64,000 nucleotides of DNA from an uncultured Clostridia bacterium. Its GTDB lineage: Bacteria > Bacillota > Clostridia > TANB77 > CAG-508. The stretch covers positions 1,210 to 65,209 of the forward strand of contig CAKOTF010000003.1 of assembly GCA_934120045.1 (NCBI GenBank), written 5' to 3'. The notes below the pieces were generated by a model. It did not search any database and had not been told where the DNA came from. It saw only the letters and a program-made list of their open reading frames with translations. A program made the position numbers and the translations under genes. Positions 51,160-61,012 of the stretch are shown here, one piece after another (the first letter of the stretch is position 1; each line of letters begins with the position of its first letter).

Positions 51160-51846
51160 ATGATAGAATTTAAGAATGTTTGTAAAAGATATAATACTGG
51201 AACTGAAGCAGTAAAAAATGCAAGTTTTAAAATCGAAAAAGGAGAATTTGCATTTTTAGTAGGAAGTTCTGGAAGCGGAAAATCAACATTAATTAAATTA
51301 ATATTAAAAGAAGAAGAACCAACAAGTGGAAATATAATAATAAATGGTAAAGACACAACATTTTTAAAACAAAGTAGAGTACCATATTTAAGAAGAAGTA
51401 TGGGAATAGTATTCCAAGACTTCAGATTATTACCAGATAAAACAGTATATGAAAATGTGGCATTTGCAATGTATATAGTAAAAGCTACACCAAGACATAT
51501 TCGTAGACAAGTACCAATGGTATTATCATTAGTAGGTTTAAGTGGAAAAGCAAAAATGTATCCTAATGAATTATCAGGAGGAGAACAACAAAGAGTAGCA
51601 TTAGCAAGAGCACTTGTAAACAATCCATCAATGATAATCGCAGACGAGCCTACAGGAAACTTAGATCCAGATACAGCATGGGATATAATGAATTTATTAA
51701 ATGAAATAAATTTAAGAGGAACAACAGTTGTTGTTGCAACACATGCAAAAGATATAGTTGATCAAATGAGAAAAAGAGTAATACATATACACAAAGGTGT
51801 AATCGTAAAAGATGATAAAAAAGGTGGGTACGATTGTGAGATTTAA
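51160..51846 (+). CDS. ftsE: cell division ATP-binding protein FtsE
   Basis: ABC ATPase motifs (GSSGSGKST, LSGGEQQR), 228 aa, followed directly by ftsX. Confidence 0.92.
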   Translation: MIEFKNVCKRYNTGTEAVKNASFKIEKGEFAFLVGSSGSGKSTLIKLILKEEEPTSGNIIINGKDTTFLKQSRVPYLRRSMGIVFQDFRLLPDKTVYENVAFAMYIVKATPRHIRRQVPMVLSLVGLSGKAKMYPNELSGGEQQRVALARALVNNPSMIIADEPTGNLDPDTAWDIMNLLNEINLRGTTVVVATHAKDIVDQMRKRVIHIHKGVIVKDDKKGGYDCEI

Positions 51847-52729
51847 TGTTATAAGTTATTTATTAAAAGAAGGAATTAGAAATGTATTCAAAAACAAAAA
51901 ATCAACAATATCATGTTTAATGATAATGTGTGCAACAATGCTTATATTTGGATTATTTCTAGTTATAGGAGAAAATATTAACGCATTTGTAAAAAGTGTT
52001 GCAGATGCCCAAGGAATAATGGTGTATCTAAAAACAGGAGCAACAGATGAAGAAATTGAACAAGTTGGGAAAGACATATTACAAATAGATGGTGTAAGAG
52101 ATGCAAAATATATATCAAATACTGAAGGACTTGAATCAATGAGAGATACTTTGGGAGACAAAATGATTGAAGGATATACAACAGAAAATATATTGCCAGC
52201 AAGTTATGAAGTAACACTTACAGATTTGGAATTAAGTTCAGATGTTCAAGATAGCTTGAAACAAATACCCAATATAGATGATATACGTTCAAGTAATATT
52301 ATAATTGAGCAAATAATAAGATTAGCAAAAGGAATAAAAATTGTTACATGGGTAATTTTAGTACTATTAATAATAATTTCTACTGCAATAATATCAAATA
52401 CAATAAAATTAACAGTACATGCAAGAAGAAAAGAAATATCAATAATGAAATATGTTGGAGCTACAAATAGCTTTATAAGATGGCCATTTTTAGTTGAAGG
52501 TATTATTATAGGTGTTATAGCAGGAGCAATTTCAGTTGGAATTATAGGATTAGCATATACATATATTGTTGGACAAATTTCAGGAACATCATTCTTTGAA
52601 ATAGCAAATATAAGTTTCATTGATTTCTCAAGTATGAGTGAATTATTAATATTAGTATATCTTGGATTAGGAATAGGGGTAGGAGCAGTAGGAAGTACAA
52701 TATCTATGAAAAAATATTTGGAAGTTTAG
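51836..52729 (+). CDS. ftsX: cell division permease-like protein FtsX
   Basis: Four TM segments and a large extracellular loop. The GTG start is preceded by aaggtggg and overlaps the ftsE stop. Confidence 0.85.
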   Translation: MRFNVISYLLKEGIRNVFKNKKSTISCLMIMCATMLIFGLFLVIGENINAFVKSVADAQGIMVYLKTGATDEEIEQVGKDILQIDGVRDAKYISNTEGLESMRDTLGDKMIEGYTTENILPASYEVTLTDLELSSDVQDSLKQIPNIDDIRSSNIIIEQIIRLAKGIKIVTWVILVLLIIISTAIISNTIKLTVHARRKEISIMKYVGATNSFIRWPFLVEGIIIGVIAGAISVGIIGLAYTYIVGQISGTSFFEIANISFIDFSSMSELLILVYLGLGIGVGAVGSTISMKKYLEV

Positions 52730-52740
52730 GAGGTCAGAGT

Positions 52741-53940
52741 ATGCGCAAATATTTAATAACTATTTTTGCTGTTGTAACAATGAGCGTTACAAGTATTTGC
52801 GTATATGCTGAAAATATTACAGAATTACAAGACAAATCTAATGAAATAACTCAAAATATTACAGAAGCAAATAATAGGTTACAAGTTGTACAAGAACAAA
52901 TGTCAGAAAACATGCAACAATTACAAGAACTTGATACACAATTAGCACAATCTGAAGAAGAGTTAAATAAAATAAATACAGAAGTTAGTACATTAACAAC
53001 TCAAATATCAGAAAATGAGCAAAAATTATCAAATGTCCAAGAAAACTATAATAAGATAAAAAAAGTATTAGATGCAAGAGTTATAGAAATTTATAAATCA
53101 GATAATTTACAATTATTAGGAACACTATTTGCATCAAAAAATGTAAAAGAATTTTTTCAGACATATGATAAATTAATATTGTTAAGCAAATATGATAAAA
53201 CACTATTAGACAGTGCAGAAAAACAAATAGAAGAAATAGAATTAACAAAAAAAATACTAGATGAAAAAAAGAAACAAATTGTTGAGAGCAAACAATTACA
53301 ACAAAAGAAAACACAAGTAGTTCAAAATTCTAAAACAAGAAGACAATATTATTTAAGTAAATTAACTAAACAAGAACAAGAACTTCAGGCACAGATTGAT
53401 GAATATAATTCACAAGTAACACAAATTGAAAATGAAATAAAATTATTAGCATTAGGGACTATAGGAGAAGATTATGTTGGAGGAACATTGGTATGGCCAG
53501 TTCCAGGACGTACATCATTGACATCACTTTATGGAATGAGAGTTCATCCAATTACAGGAGCATATAGATTACATACAGGTATTGATATAAGTGCACCAAT
53601 TGGGACAAACTTTGTTGCAGCAGCAAATGGAGTTGTTTCTAAAGCAACATATAATACAGCATATGGAAATATGGTAATAATTGACCATGGTGGTGGAGTA
53701 CAAACATTATATGCACATGGAAGTGAAATTCTAGTTCAAGTTGGAGATGAGGTAAAGGCAGGTACTCCAGTTTTAGCAGTAGGCTCAACAGGATATTCAA
53801 CAGGACCACATGCACATTTCGAAATAAGAATAAATGGTCAAACAGTAAATCCATTAGATTATTATCAAAATAAAAACAGTGTAACATCAAGTACAAATAA
53901 AGATGAAGAAAATAAAACAGAAAGTACAGAGAATAATTAA
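52741..53940 (+). CDS. coiled-coil M23 metallopeptidase (EnvC/CwlO-partner-like)
   Basis: A signal peptide, a long coiled coil, HTGIDISAP...HAHFEIR M23 motifs (catalytic residues present) and a C-terminal low-complexity tail. Confidence 0.8.
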   Translation: MRKYLITIFAVVTMSVTSICVYAENITELQDKSNEITQNITEANNRLQVVQEQMSENMQQLQELDTQLAQSEEELNKINTEVSTLTTQISENEQKLSNVQENYNKIKKVLDARVIEIYKSDNLQLLGTLFASKNVKEFFQTYDKLILLSKYDKTLLDSAEKQIEEIELTKKILDEKKKQIVESKQLQQKKTQVVQNSKTRRQYYLSKLTKQEQELQAQIDEYNSQVTQIENEIKLLALGTIGEDYVGGTLVWPVPGRTSLTSLYGMRVHPITGAYRLHTGIDISAPIGTNFVAAANGVVSKATYNTAYGNMVIIDHGGGVQTLYAHGSEILVQVGDEVKAGTPVLAVGSTGYSTGPHAHFEIRINGQTVNPLDYYQNKNSVTSSTNKDEENKTESTENN

Positions 53941-53964
53941 AAAACACAAGAAAGGAAAAAAATT

Positions 53965-55137
53965 ATGAAAAAGAAAATAATAGAAATTATTGGAATTATA
54001 ATATCTATAATAATAATTTTTCAAAATATATCATATGCAACAAGCTCGAAGTCAAGTTTACAAAATCAAAAATCAGATATTGATAATCAAATAAAAGAAC
54101 TTGAAAATGAACAAAAAGAAATACAAGCAAATAAATCTGAGACAATGAAATCAGTAGAAGAGTTAATCTATCAAATTTCAGATGTTGAAAATGAAATTGA
54201 TGATTTGAAAACTCAAGTAAGAGATTTACAATCACAGATAAAAGCTACTGAAAAAAGCATAGAACAAAAAGAAGAAGAATATAATAAACAAAAAGAATTA
54301 TTAGATGCAAGAGTTATTGCATTATATAAAAATGGAGAAAATTCATATTTAGAGATATTTTTATCATCATCTAGTTTAAAAGATTTTTTATCAAAATATT
54401 ATTATGCAGAAACTTTAATGAATGCTGATAAAGAATTTATGCAAAAAGTAACAGAAGAAAAGAAAGAAATAGAAGAAAAGAAAGAAGAACTTGAAAAAAG
54501 TAAAAAAGATTTAAATGATGCGTTAATACAACAACAAGCAAAACAAAAATCATTAGAAAATCTAAAATCTGAAAAACAGGCATATGTAGCAAAATTAACA
54601 GCAGATGAAAAAGAAAATCAGCAAGAAATAGAAAAATTTGAGGAAGATAAGAGAAAAATTCAAGCAGAATTAAAAAGAATTGCTGAAGAAGAATCTAAGA
54701 AAAATACAACAAATATTACAACAAAACCAAGTGCAAGTGGATATATATTTCCAGTACAAGGACTAAGTAAATCAAATATAAATAATAAAACATATCCATC
54801 ATATAAAGGACATACAGGTGTTGATGTTAACATAGGAGTTGTTGGTAAGAATGTTGTAGCAGTAAAAGATGGAACAGTAGTTATATCAACAGCACGTATA
54901 AGTAATGGAAGGTACTTTAGTTATGGAGAATATGTAGTTATAAGTCATGGAGATGGAACAATGACATTATATGGACATATGTTAGCGAATTCAAGAAAAG
55001 TTCAACCTGGAGATAAAGTAAAACAAGGTCAAGTCATCGGAACAGTAGGATCAACAGGTAATTCAACAGGAACACATCTTCATTTTGAAGTTAGAGTTGG
55101 TGGAAGTCCTGTAAATCCATTGCCATATTTACCATAA
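53965..55137 (+). CDS. second coiled-coil M23 metallopeptidase
   Basis: A signal-anchor, a coiled coil and GHTGVDV...THLHFEVR. Confidence 0.8.
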   Translation: MKKKIIEIIGIIISIIIIFQNISYATSSKSSLQNQKSDIDNQIKELENEQKEIQANKSETMKSVEELIYQISDVENEIDDLKTQVRDLQSQIKATEKSIEQKEEEYNKQKELLDARVIALYKNGENSYLEIFLSSSSLKDFLSKYYYAETLMNADKEFMQKVTEEKKEIEEKKEELEKSKKDLNDALIQQQAKQKSLENLKSEKQAYVAKLTADEKENQQEIEKFEEDKRKIQAELKRIAEEESKKNTTNITTKPSASGYIFPVQGLSKSNINNKTYPSYKGHTGVDVNIGVVGKNVVAVKDGTVVISTARISNGRYFSYGEYVVISHGDGTMTLYGHMLANSRKVQPGDKVKQGQVIGTVGSTGNSTGTHLHFEVRVGGSPVNPLPYLP

Positions 55138-55167
55138 AATATTTAAAGATAAAGGAGAATAAATTAA

Positions 55168-56427
55168 ATGGAAGATAATAACAAATACATAAAAAGACAA
55201 AGAATATATAAGATTATAATGTTAATGGTATTAACAGCATTTATTACAAGTATATTAACTGCTATGTATGTTGTAAATTTAGGAGAAAATAATCAACAGT
55301 TATCAACTGGTAATTCAAGTACATCTTCAATATTAAGTAGTTTAACAAATGATAGCAATTTATCAAAATCATTAAAATTTATTGAAAAGTTAGTAAAAAG
55401 TAAATATTTAAATGCATCAAGTATAGACGAAACAAAAGCGATTGATGGAGCTATAGAAGGATATATAGATTCTTTAGGAGATGAATATACAGAATATATT
55501 CCAGCAGACAAAATGAAAGATTATACAGAAAATATAATGGGAAATTTTGTTGGAATAGGAATATATATGGTAAAAAATACTGAAAAAAATTTAGTACAAG
55601 TACTTTCACCAATTAGAGAGAGCCCTGCAGAAAAGGCAGGAATTAAAGCAGGAGATTTAATAACAAAAGTAGATGGAGTTACATATACAGCAGATCAAAT
55701 GTCAGAGATGGCTGATAAAATAAAAGGTGAAGCTGGTTCTAAAGTGAATCTTGAAATTCTAAGAGGAGAACAATTATTAACATTTGAGGTTATAAGAGAA
55801 AAAGTTAATACAAACCCTGTTTATTCAGAAAAATTAGAAAATAATATTGGATACTTAGATATATCTAGTTTTGATGACGGAACAGCCGAAGATTTTAAAG
55901 CAAAATATTTATCATTAAAAGAACAAGGAATAAAAGGATTAATAATAGATTTGAGAGATAATGGTGGGGGAATTGTAGATGAGGCTTTAAAAATAGTTGA
56001 TTATATAGTTCCAAAAGATCAAACAACATTAATAACAGTAGATAAAGATGGAAAAGAAGAAGTTACAAAATCAAAAGAAGATAAATTAATTGAAGAACCA
56101 GTAGTTGTATTAGTAAATGCAAGTTCTGCAAGTGCTTCTGAAATAATGGCTGGAGCCTTAAAAGATTTAAATGTAGCTCAAATTGTTGGAACAAAAACTT
56201 ATGGAAAAGGTGTAATTCAACAGCTTCTAACATTAACTAATGGAGCAGGTTTAAAAATTACAGTAGAGGAATATTACACTCCAAATAAAACAAAGATAAA
56301 TAAAGTTGGAATAACACCAGATTATGAAGTATTATTAGAAACAAGTGTAACAAGAGAACCAACAGATGCAAATGATACACAACTTAATAAAGCAAAAGAA
56401 ATACTAAAAGAAAAAATAGGAAATTAG
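55168..56427 (+). CDS. ctpA: carboxy-terminal processing protease (S41) with a PDZ domain
   Basis: GIGIYM...ESPAEKAGIKAGDLI PDZ domain, plus the NASSASASEI and TKTYGKG S41 core. Confidence 0.88.
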   Translation: MEDNNKYIKRQRIYKIIMLMVLTAFITSILTAMYVVNLGENNQQLSTGNSSTSSILSSLTNDSNLSKSLKFIEKLVKSKYLNASSIDETKAIDGAIEGYIDSLGDEYTEYIPADKMKDYTENIMGNFVGIGIYMVKNTEKNLVQVLSPIRESPAEKAGIKAGDLITKVDGVTYTADQMSEMADKIKGEAGSKVNLEILRGEQLLTFEVIREKVNTNPVYSEKLENNIGYLDISSFDDGTAEDFKAKYLSLKEQGIKGLIIDLRDNGGGIVDEALKIVDYIVPKDQTTLITVDKDGKEEVTKSKEDKLIEEPVVVLVNASSASASEIMAGALKDLNVAQIVGTKTYGKGVIQQLLTLTNGAGLKITVEEYYTPNKTKINKVGITPDYEVLLETSVTREPTDANDTQLNKAKEILKEKIGN

Positions 56428-56476
56428 TCCAATAAAGAAATATAAGCTACTTTTTGTAGCTTATATTTAAGTTATA

Positions 56477-57148
56477 TTGAAAGGAAAATTAAAAATGAAG
56501 ATGAATTTAGCAAATAAATTAACAATATTTAGAATATTATTAGTACCAGTTATGATGTTAGTTCCTATAATTGATAATTTAGTAGGCATTCATGTTGAAT
56601 TTCTTGGAATTTCAACAGCATTTTGGATAATGAACATTATATTTATAATAGCATCTATAACAGATAAATTAGATGGATATATAGCAAGAAGTAGAAATCA
56701 AGTAACAACATTTGGAAAATTTTTAGATCCATTAGCAGATAAAATATTAGTATTATCAGCATTAGTTATATTAGTAGAGTATGGAAAAATACCATCATGG
56801 ATTCCAATAATAGTATTATCAAGAGAATTTATTGTATCAGGATATAGATTAATTGCAGTAGAAAAAGGTGGAAAAGTAATTGCAGCATCAATATGGGGAA
56901 AATTAAAAACAGTAACTCAGATGATAGGAATAATATTTGCATTTTTAGATAAATTCAGCTTTGGAGAATTCATATTTAGAGTATCAACACAAGCTGAGGC
57001 TCAAATAAATTTAGCAAGTATATATATGACAACAGGACAATTTGTAATAAATATAATAACAACAATAGTATTAACATTATCAGTAATAGCTACAATATTT
57101 TCAGGAATAAACTACTTGAAAGGTGGAAAAGAGTTATTTAAAGATTAA
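56477..57148 (+). CDS. pgsA: CDP-diacylglycerol--glycerol-3-phosphate 3-phosphatidyltransferase-like (CDP-alcohol phosphatidyltransferase)
   Basis: NKLTIFRILLVP, DGYIAR and DPLADK motifs. Alternative ATG starts lie at 56495 and 56501. Confidence 0.8.
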   Translation: MKGKLKMKMNLANKLTIFRILLVPVMMLVPIIDNLVGIHVEFLGISTAFWIMNIIFIIASITDKLDGYIARSRNQVTTFGKFLDPLADKILVLSALVILVEYGKIPSWIPIIVLSREFIVSGYRLIAVEKGGKVIAASIWGKLKTVTQMIGIIFAFLDKFSFGEFIFRVSTQAEAQINLASIYMTTGQFVINIITTIVLTLSVIATIFSGINYLKGGKELFKD

Positions 57149-57255
57149 AAACTATTGACAAAAAACAAAAAATAATATAATATACTGCATAAACAAAATT
57201 ATGAATTTTGGAAAATCTTATAATATTTTATGCATAAGAAAGGATTGCGATTATT

Positions 57256-57732
57256 ATGGAAGAGAAAGAAGTAATATTAACACAAGAAGGATATGACAAA
57301 ATAGAAAAAGAATTAGAATTTTTAAGAACAGAAAAAAGAACAGAAATTGCAGAAAGAATAAAGGTGGCATTAGGTTTTGGAGATTTATCAGAAAATTCTG
57401 AATATGATGAAGCTAAAAATGCACAAGCTGAAAATGAAGGAAAAATAGCAGAATTAGAAAATAAAATAAGACATGCAAAAATAATAGATGAGGCAGAAAT
57501 AGATACAAAAACTGTTCAAATAGGAAATACAGTAAAACTATATGATGTAGAATTTGAAGAAGAAGTTGAATATACAATAGTTGGATCAACAGAAGTAAAC
57601 TTGGCAGAAAATAAAATATCTAATGAATCACCAATAGGAAAAGCATTATTAGGAGCTAAAAAAGGAAGTACAGTTGAAGTTAATGCGCCAGCAGGTGTTA
57701 TAAAATATCAAATTTTATCAATAACAAAATAA
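57256..57732 (+). CDS. greA: transcription elongation factor GreA
   Basis: [28 protein letters not shown] coiled-coil N-terminus and an FKBP-like C-terminus. Confidence 0.93.
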   Translation: MEEKEVILTQEGYDKIEKELEFLRTEKRTEIAERIKVALGFGDLSENSEYDEAKNAQAENEGKIAELENKIRHAKIIDEAEIDTKTVQIGNTVKLYDVEFEEEVEYTIVGSTEVNLAENKISNESPIGKALLGAKKGSTVEVNAPAGVIKYQILSITK

Positions 57733-57736
57733 TTTA

Positions 57737-57775
57737 AAGAAATGTCAAATATTTGTTTGACATTTCTTTTCTTTT
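57737..57775 (+). terminator. rho-independent terminator after greA (aaagaaatgtcaaa-tattt-gtttgacatttcttt)
   Basis: A perfect 14-bp stem followed by a T-tract. Confidence 0.6.
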
Positions 57776-57801
57776 ATGATAGTATATAGTCATGATAAAC
57801 G

Positions 57802-57813
57802 GAATAAATGTTC
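57802..57813 (+). promoter_or_regulatory. putative LexA (SOS/Cheo) box GAATAAATGTTC upstream of lexA
   Basis: It matches GAAC-N4-GTTC with one mismatch and lies about 25 nt upstream of the lexA RBS. Confidence 0.45.
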
Positions 57814-57836
57814 TGTATAGAAGGAGAAGTGATTAA

Positions 57837-58484
57837 ATGGGAACAAGAGCTGAAACTACCAAAAAAGAAAAAGCAATCTTGAAATTTATAGAAACACAAG
57901 TATTAGAAAACGGATATCCACCATCAGTAAGAGAGATTGGGAAAGCAATAGGATTAAGTTCAACAGCAACAGTACATGCATATTTAGAAAAGTTAGAAAA
58001 AGATGGATATATAAAAAAAGAAGATAAAAAAGGAAGAACACTAAAAATTATAAAAGGAAGCAATGGTGAACCATATGTAAAATCTTCTAAAGATTTTTAT
58101 GTTCAAAAAGAATTAGTAGATGTTCCTGTTATAGGAAGAATAACAGCAGGTCAACCAATATTAGCAGTAGAAAATGTAACAGATACTTTTCCAATTCCAG
58201 TAGACTTTGTAGGAAATAGTGAAAGTTTTATGCTAACAGTAAGAGGAGAAAGCATGATAGAAGCTGGAATATTAGATGGTGATTATATATTGGTAAAAAA
58301 ACAAAGTAATGCAAATAATGGGGAGATAGTAGTAGCATTAATTGGAGATGAAGCAACAGTAAAGACATTTTATAAAGAAAAAGATCACATTCGACTTCAA
58401 CCAGAAAATCATACAATGGATCCAATAATAGTTCCAGACTGTAGTATTTTAGGTAAAGTTGCAGGAGTTTTTAGAAAAATGTAA
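57837..58484 (+). CDS. lexA: LexA repressor
   Basis: N-terminal winged HTH ([30 protein letters not shown]) and an S24 peptidase domain (RGESM, K in LVKKQ). Confidence 0.93.
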   Translation: MGTRAETTKKEKAILKFIETQVLENGYPPSVREIGKAIGLSSTATVHAYLEKLEKDGYIKKEDKKGRTLKIIKGSNGEPYVKSSKDFYVQKELVDVPVIGRITAGQPILAVENVTDTFPIPVDFVGNSESFMLTVRGESMIEAGILDGDYILVKKQSNANNGEIVVALIGDEATVKTFYKEKDHIRLQPENHTMDPIIVPDCSILGKVAGVFRKM

Positions 58485-58575
58485 TAAGAAAAAATTAATA
58501 CAAAATAGCAAGAAAAATCTTGCTATTTTATTATTGATATAATATAATTAAACAAAAAGCGAGGAGAGCAAACAA

Positions 58576-60279
58576 ATGAAGCATAAAAATGACCTAAAAA
58601 TTAAGATAGATAAAGAGTCAAGAAAGAAAGACAATATATTAAAAAGAATAGTAATAATTGCAATTTTATTACTTATTGTAATTTTTGTATTAAATAAAGC
58701 AGAAAATTATTTAAAAGAAAAAACAGCAAATGAAATAAATTTGGTACTTAATAATAAAAATGTTACTGCAAATTTAAAGCATGAAATAATAGAAGAAGAT
58801 GGAAACATCTATATGTCAATGGATGATATAAAAAACTATTTTGATAAATACATATATATAGAAGATGAAATAAATGAGATAGTAACAACATATGATAAAA
58901 AAATAGCAAGTATAGGATTTGAAACAAATAAATTAACATTAAATGGAGCAACCAAAAAAATATATGCACATGCAATAAAAAAAGATGATGTAATATATAT
59001 GCCAATTATTGAAATGAAAGATGTATATAATTTAGAAACAACAATTGTAGAGAAAAATGTTATATTAGATTCATTAACGAGAAAGCAAGTAAAAGCATAT
59101 GCCAAAACAAATTTATCAGCAAAATGGAAATCTGATTTTTTCTCAAAGACAGTTGACAAAATAGATAAAGGTGATGTAGTTATAGCAATAGAGGAGAAAA
59201 ATGGATGGACAAGAATTAGAACTGAAAGTGGAAATGTAGGATTTGTAAAAAGTAGTAAATTGACAAATTATACAACAACTCGAGATGATTGGGAAGAAGA
59301 AAAACAAATAACTGGAAAAGTAAATATGTTTTGGGATTATTACTCAAAATATGTACAAGCACCAGATAGAACAGGTCAAGTAATTGAAGGTATAAATGTA
59401 GTATCACCAACATTTTTCTATATAGATACTAATGGAAATTTGAAAAATAAAATAGGAGAATCTGGAAAAAAATATATAGAATGGGCTCATTCAAATGGAT
59501 ATAAGGTTTGGCCAGCTATACAAAACGATGAAGCAGGAATAAAGGTAACATCAACAATATTGAATAGTTATACTAAAAGACAAGAATTAATTGAAAATAT
59601 AGTTGAAGCATGTGTAGAATATCAATTGGATGGAATAAATATAGATTTTGAAAATATGTATCAAGCTGATAAAGATAAATTTTCAAGATTTATAATAGAA
59701 TTAGATCCAAGAATGAAAGAATTAGGAGCTGTATTATCTGTTGATGTAACAGCACCAGATGGTGATGCAAATTGGTCATTATGTTATGATAGAAATGTAA
59801 TTGGACATGTTGCAGATTACTTAATATTTATGGCATATGATCAATATGGAACTTCGAGTACAAAACCAGGGACAACAGCAGGATATAATTGGGTAGAGAC
59901 AAATTTAAAGAAAATTATTGAATATGATGAAGTAAAAGCAGAAAAAATTATTTTAGCAGTGCCATTTTATACAAGACAATGGAAAGTAAATGCTAATGGG
60001 GAATTAATAGGAAAGCCATCTACAGTAAGCATGTTAAACATAAAAATTCCAAATGGAGTTGAAAAACAATGGGATGAAGATTTACAACAATATTATATTG
60101 AATATGCAGATGGAAAAGATACTGTAAAGATGTGGATTGAAGATGGAACATCAATTACAGCAAAAGTTTCACTAGTTTCAAAATATGGATTAGGTGGAAC
60201 ATCTGGCTGGAGAAAAGATATGGAAACATCTAATGTATGGTCAATAATTAATACTGAATTACAAAAAGCATCAAATTAA
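58576..60279 (+). CDS. membrane-anchored GH18-family glycoside hydrolase-like protein with an SH3b-like domain
   Basis: LDGINIDFENM (DxxDxDxE) GH18 catalytic motif. It also has an N-terminal TM helix and a KGDVVIAIEEKNGWTRIRTESGNVGFVKSSKL SH3b-like segment. Confidence 0.75.
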   Translation: MKHKNDLKIKIDKESRKKDNILKRIVIIAILLLIVIFVLNKAENYLKEKTANEINLVLNNKNVTANLKHEIIEEDGNIYMSMDDIKNYFDKYIYIEDEINEIVTTYDKKIASIGFETNKLTLNGATKKIYAHAIKKDDVIYMPIIEMKDVYNLETTIVEKNVILDSLTRKQVKAYAKTNLSAKWKSDFFSKTVDKIDKGDVVIAIEEKNGWTRIRTESGNVGFVKSSKLTNYTTTRDDWEEEKQITGKVNMFWDYYSKYVQAPDRTGQVIEGINVVSPTFFYIDTNGNLKNKIGESGKKYIEWAHSNGYKVWPAIQNDEAGIKVTSTILNSYTKRQELIENIVEACVEYQLDGINIDFENMYQADKDKFSRFIIELDPRMKELGAVLSVDVTAPDGDANWSLCYDRNVIGHVADYLIFMAYDQYGTSSTKPGTTAGYNWVETNLKKIIEYDEVKAEKIILAVPFYTRQWKVNANGELIGKPSTVSMLNIKIPNGVEKQWDEDLQQYYIEYADGKDTVKMWIEDGTSITAKVSLVSKYGLGGTSGWRKDMETSNVWSIINTELQKASN

Positions 60280-60463
60280 AAAAGAAGAAGGAAATGCACC
60301 TTATTTAGTAGACAAAAAATGAGTCAACTAAACTGAGGTGTATTTTTATATATTAGTTTTGATGTAAAATTTATATGAAAAGCCTTGTCAAAAAGCAAGA
60401 AAAAAGATATAATGAGGGTGAACTAGGTGTCAACAATAAAAGAAAAGAGAGGAGCGATTTTTT

Positions 60464-60988
60464 ATGAAAATAAAAATTACAGGAAAAGAACTTAAGATAA
60501 CAGATGCAATAAACGATTATGCAGAAAAGAAAATGGAAAGGATAGAAAAATACTTTGACAATGCTGAAGCTGAAATAATAGCAAAAGTTGAAAAAAATTA
60601 TCAAATAGCTGAAATCAAAGTAATAGCTAATGGAGAAACATTTAGAGCAGTTGCTGAAGAAAAAGACTTATATGCATCTATAGATAAAGATATAGATATA
60701 ATAGAAGGACAAATTAGAAAAGCAAAAACCAAAAGAGAAAAAATGCAAAAAGATTCAAGTTTAAAAGACTTAAATGCACAAACAACAGTACATGAAGTTG
60801 AAGATGAAATTTTAAAAGTAGAATACTATGAAATAAAACCAATGACACCAGAAGATGCAAAACTAAAATTAGAAGAAAGATCAAGTCAAATGTTTTTAAC
60901 ATTTGTTAACCAAGAAAGTGGTAAAGTAAATGTTATCCATAGATTAAAAGATGGTAAAAACTTTGGTTTAATAGAACCAGAAGCATAA
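60464..60988 (+). CDS. hpf: ribosome hibernation promoting factor (long HPF)
   Basis: MKIKITGKELKITDAINDYAEKKMERIEKYF with a C-terminal dimerisation domain, 174 aa. Confidence 0.9.
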   Translation: MKIKITGKELKITDAINDYAEKKMERIEKYFDNAEAEIIAKVEKNYQIAEIKVIANGETFRAVAEEKDLYASIDKDIDIIEGQIRKAKTKREKMQKDSSLKDLNAQTTVHEVEDEILKVEYYEIKPMTPEDAKLKLEERSSQMFLTFVNQESGKVNVIHRLKDGKNFGLIEPEA

Positions 60989-61012
60989 ATAAAAAAATTA
61001 ATGAGGCTCAAA

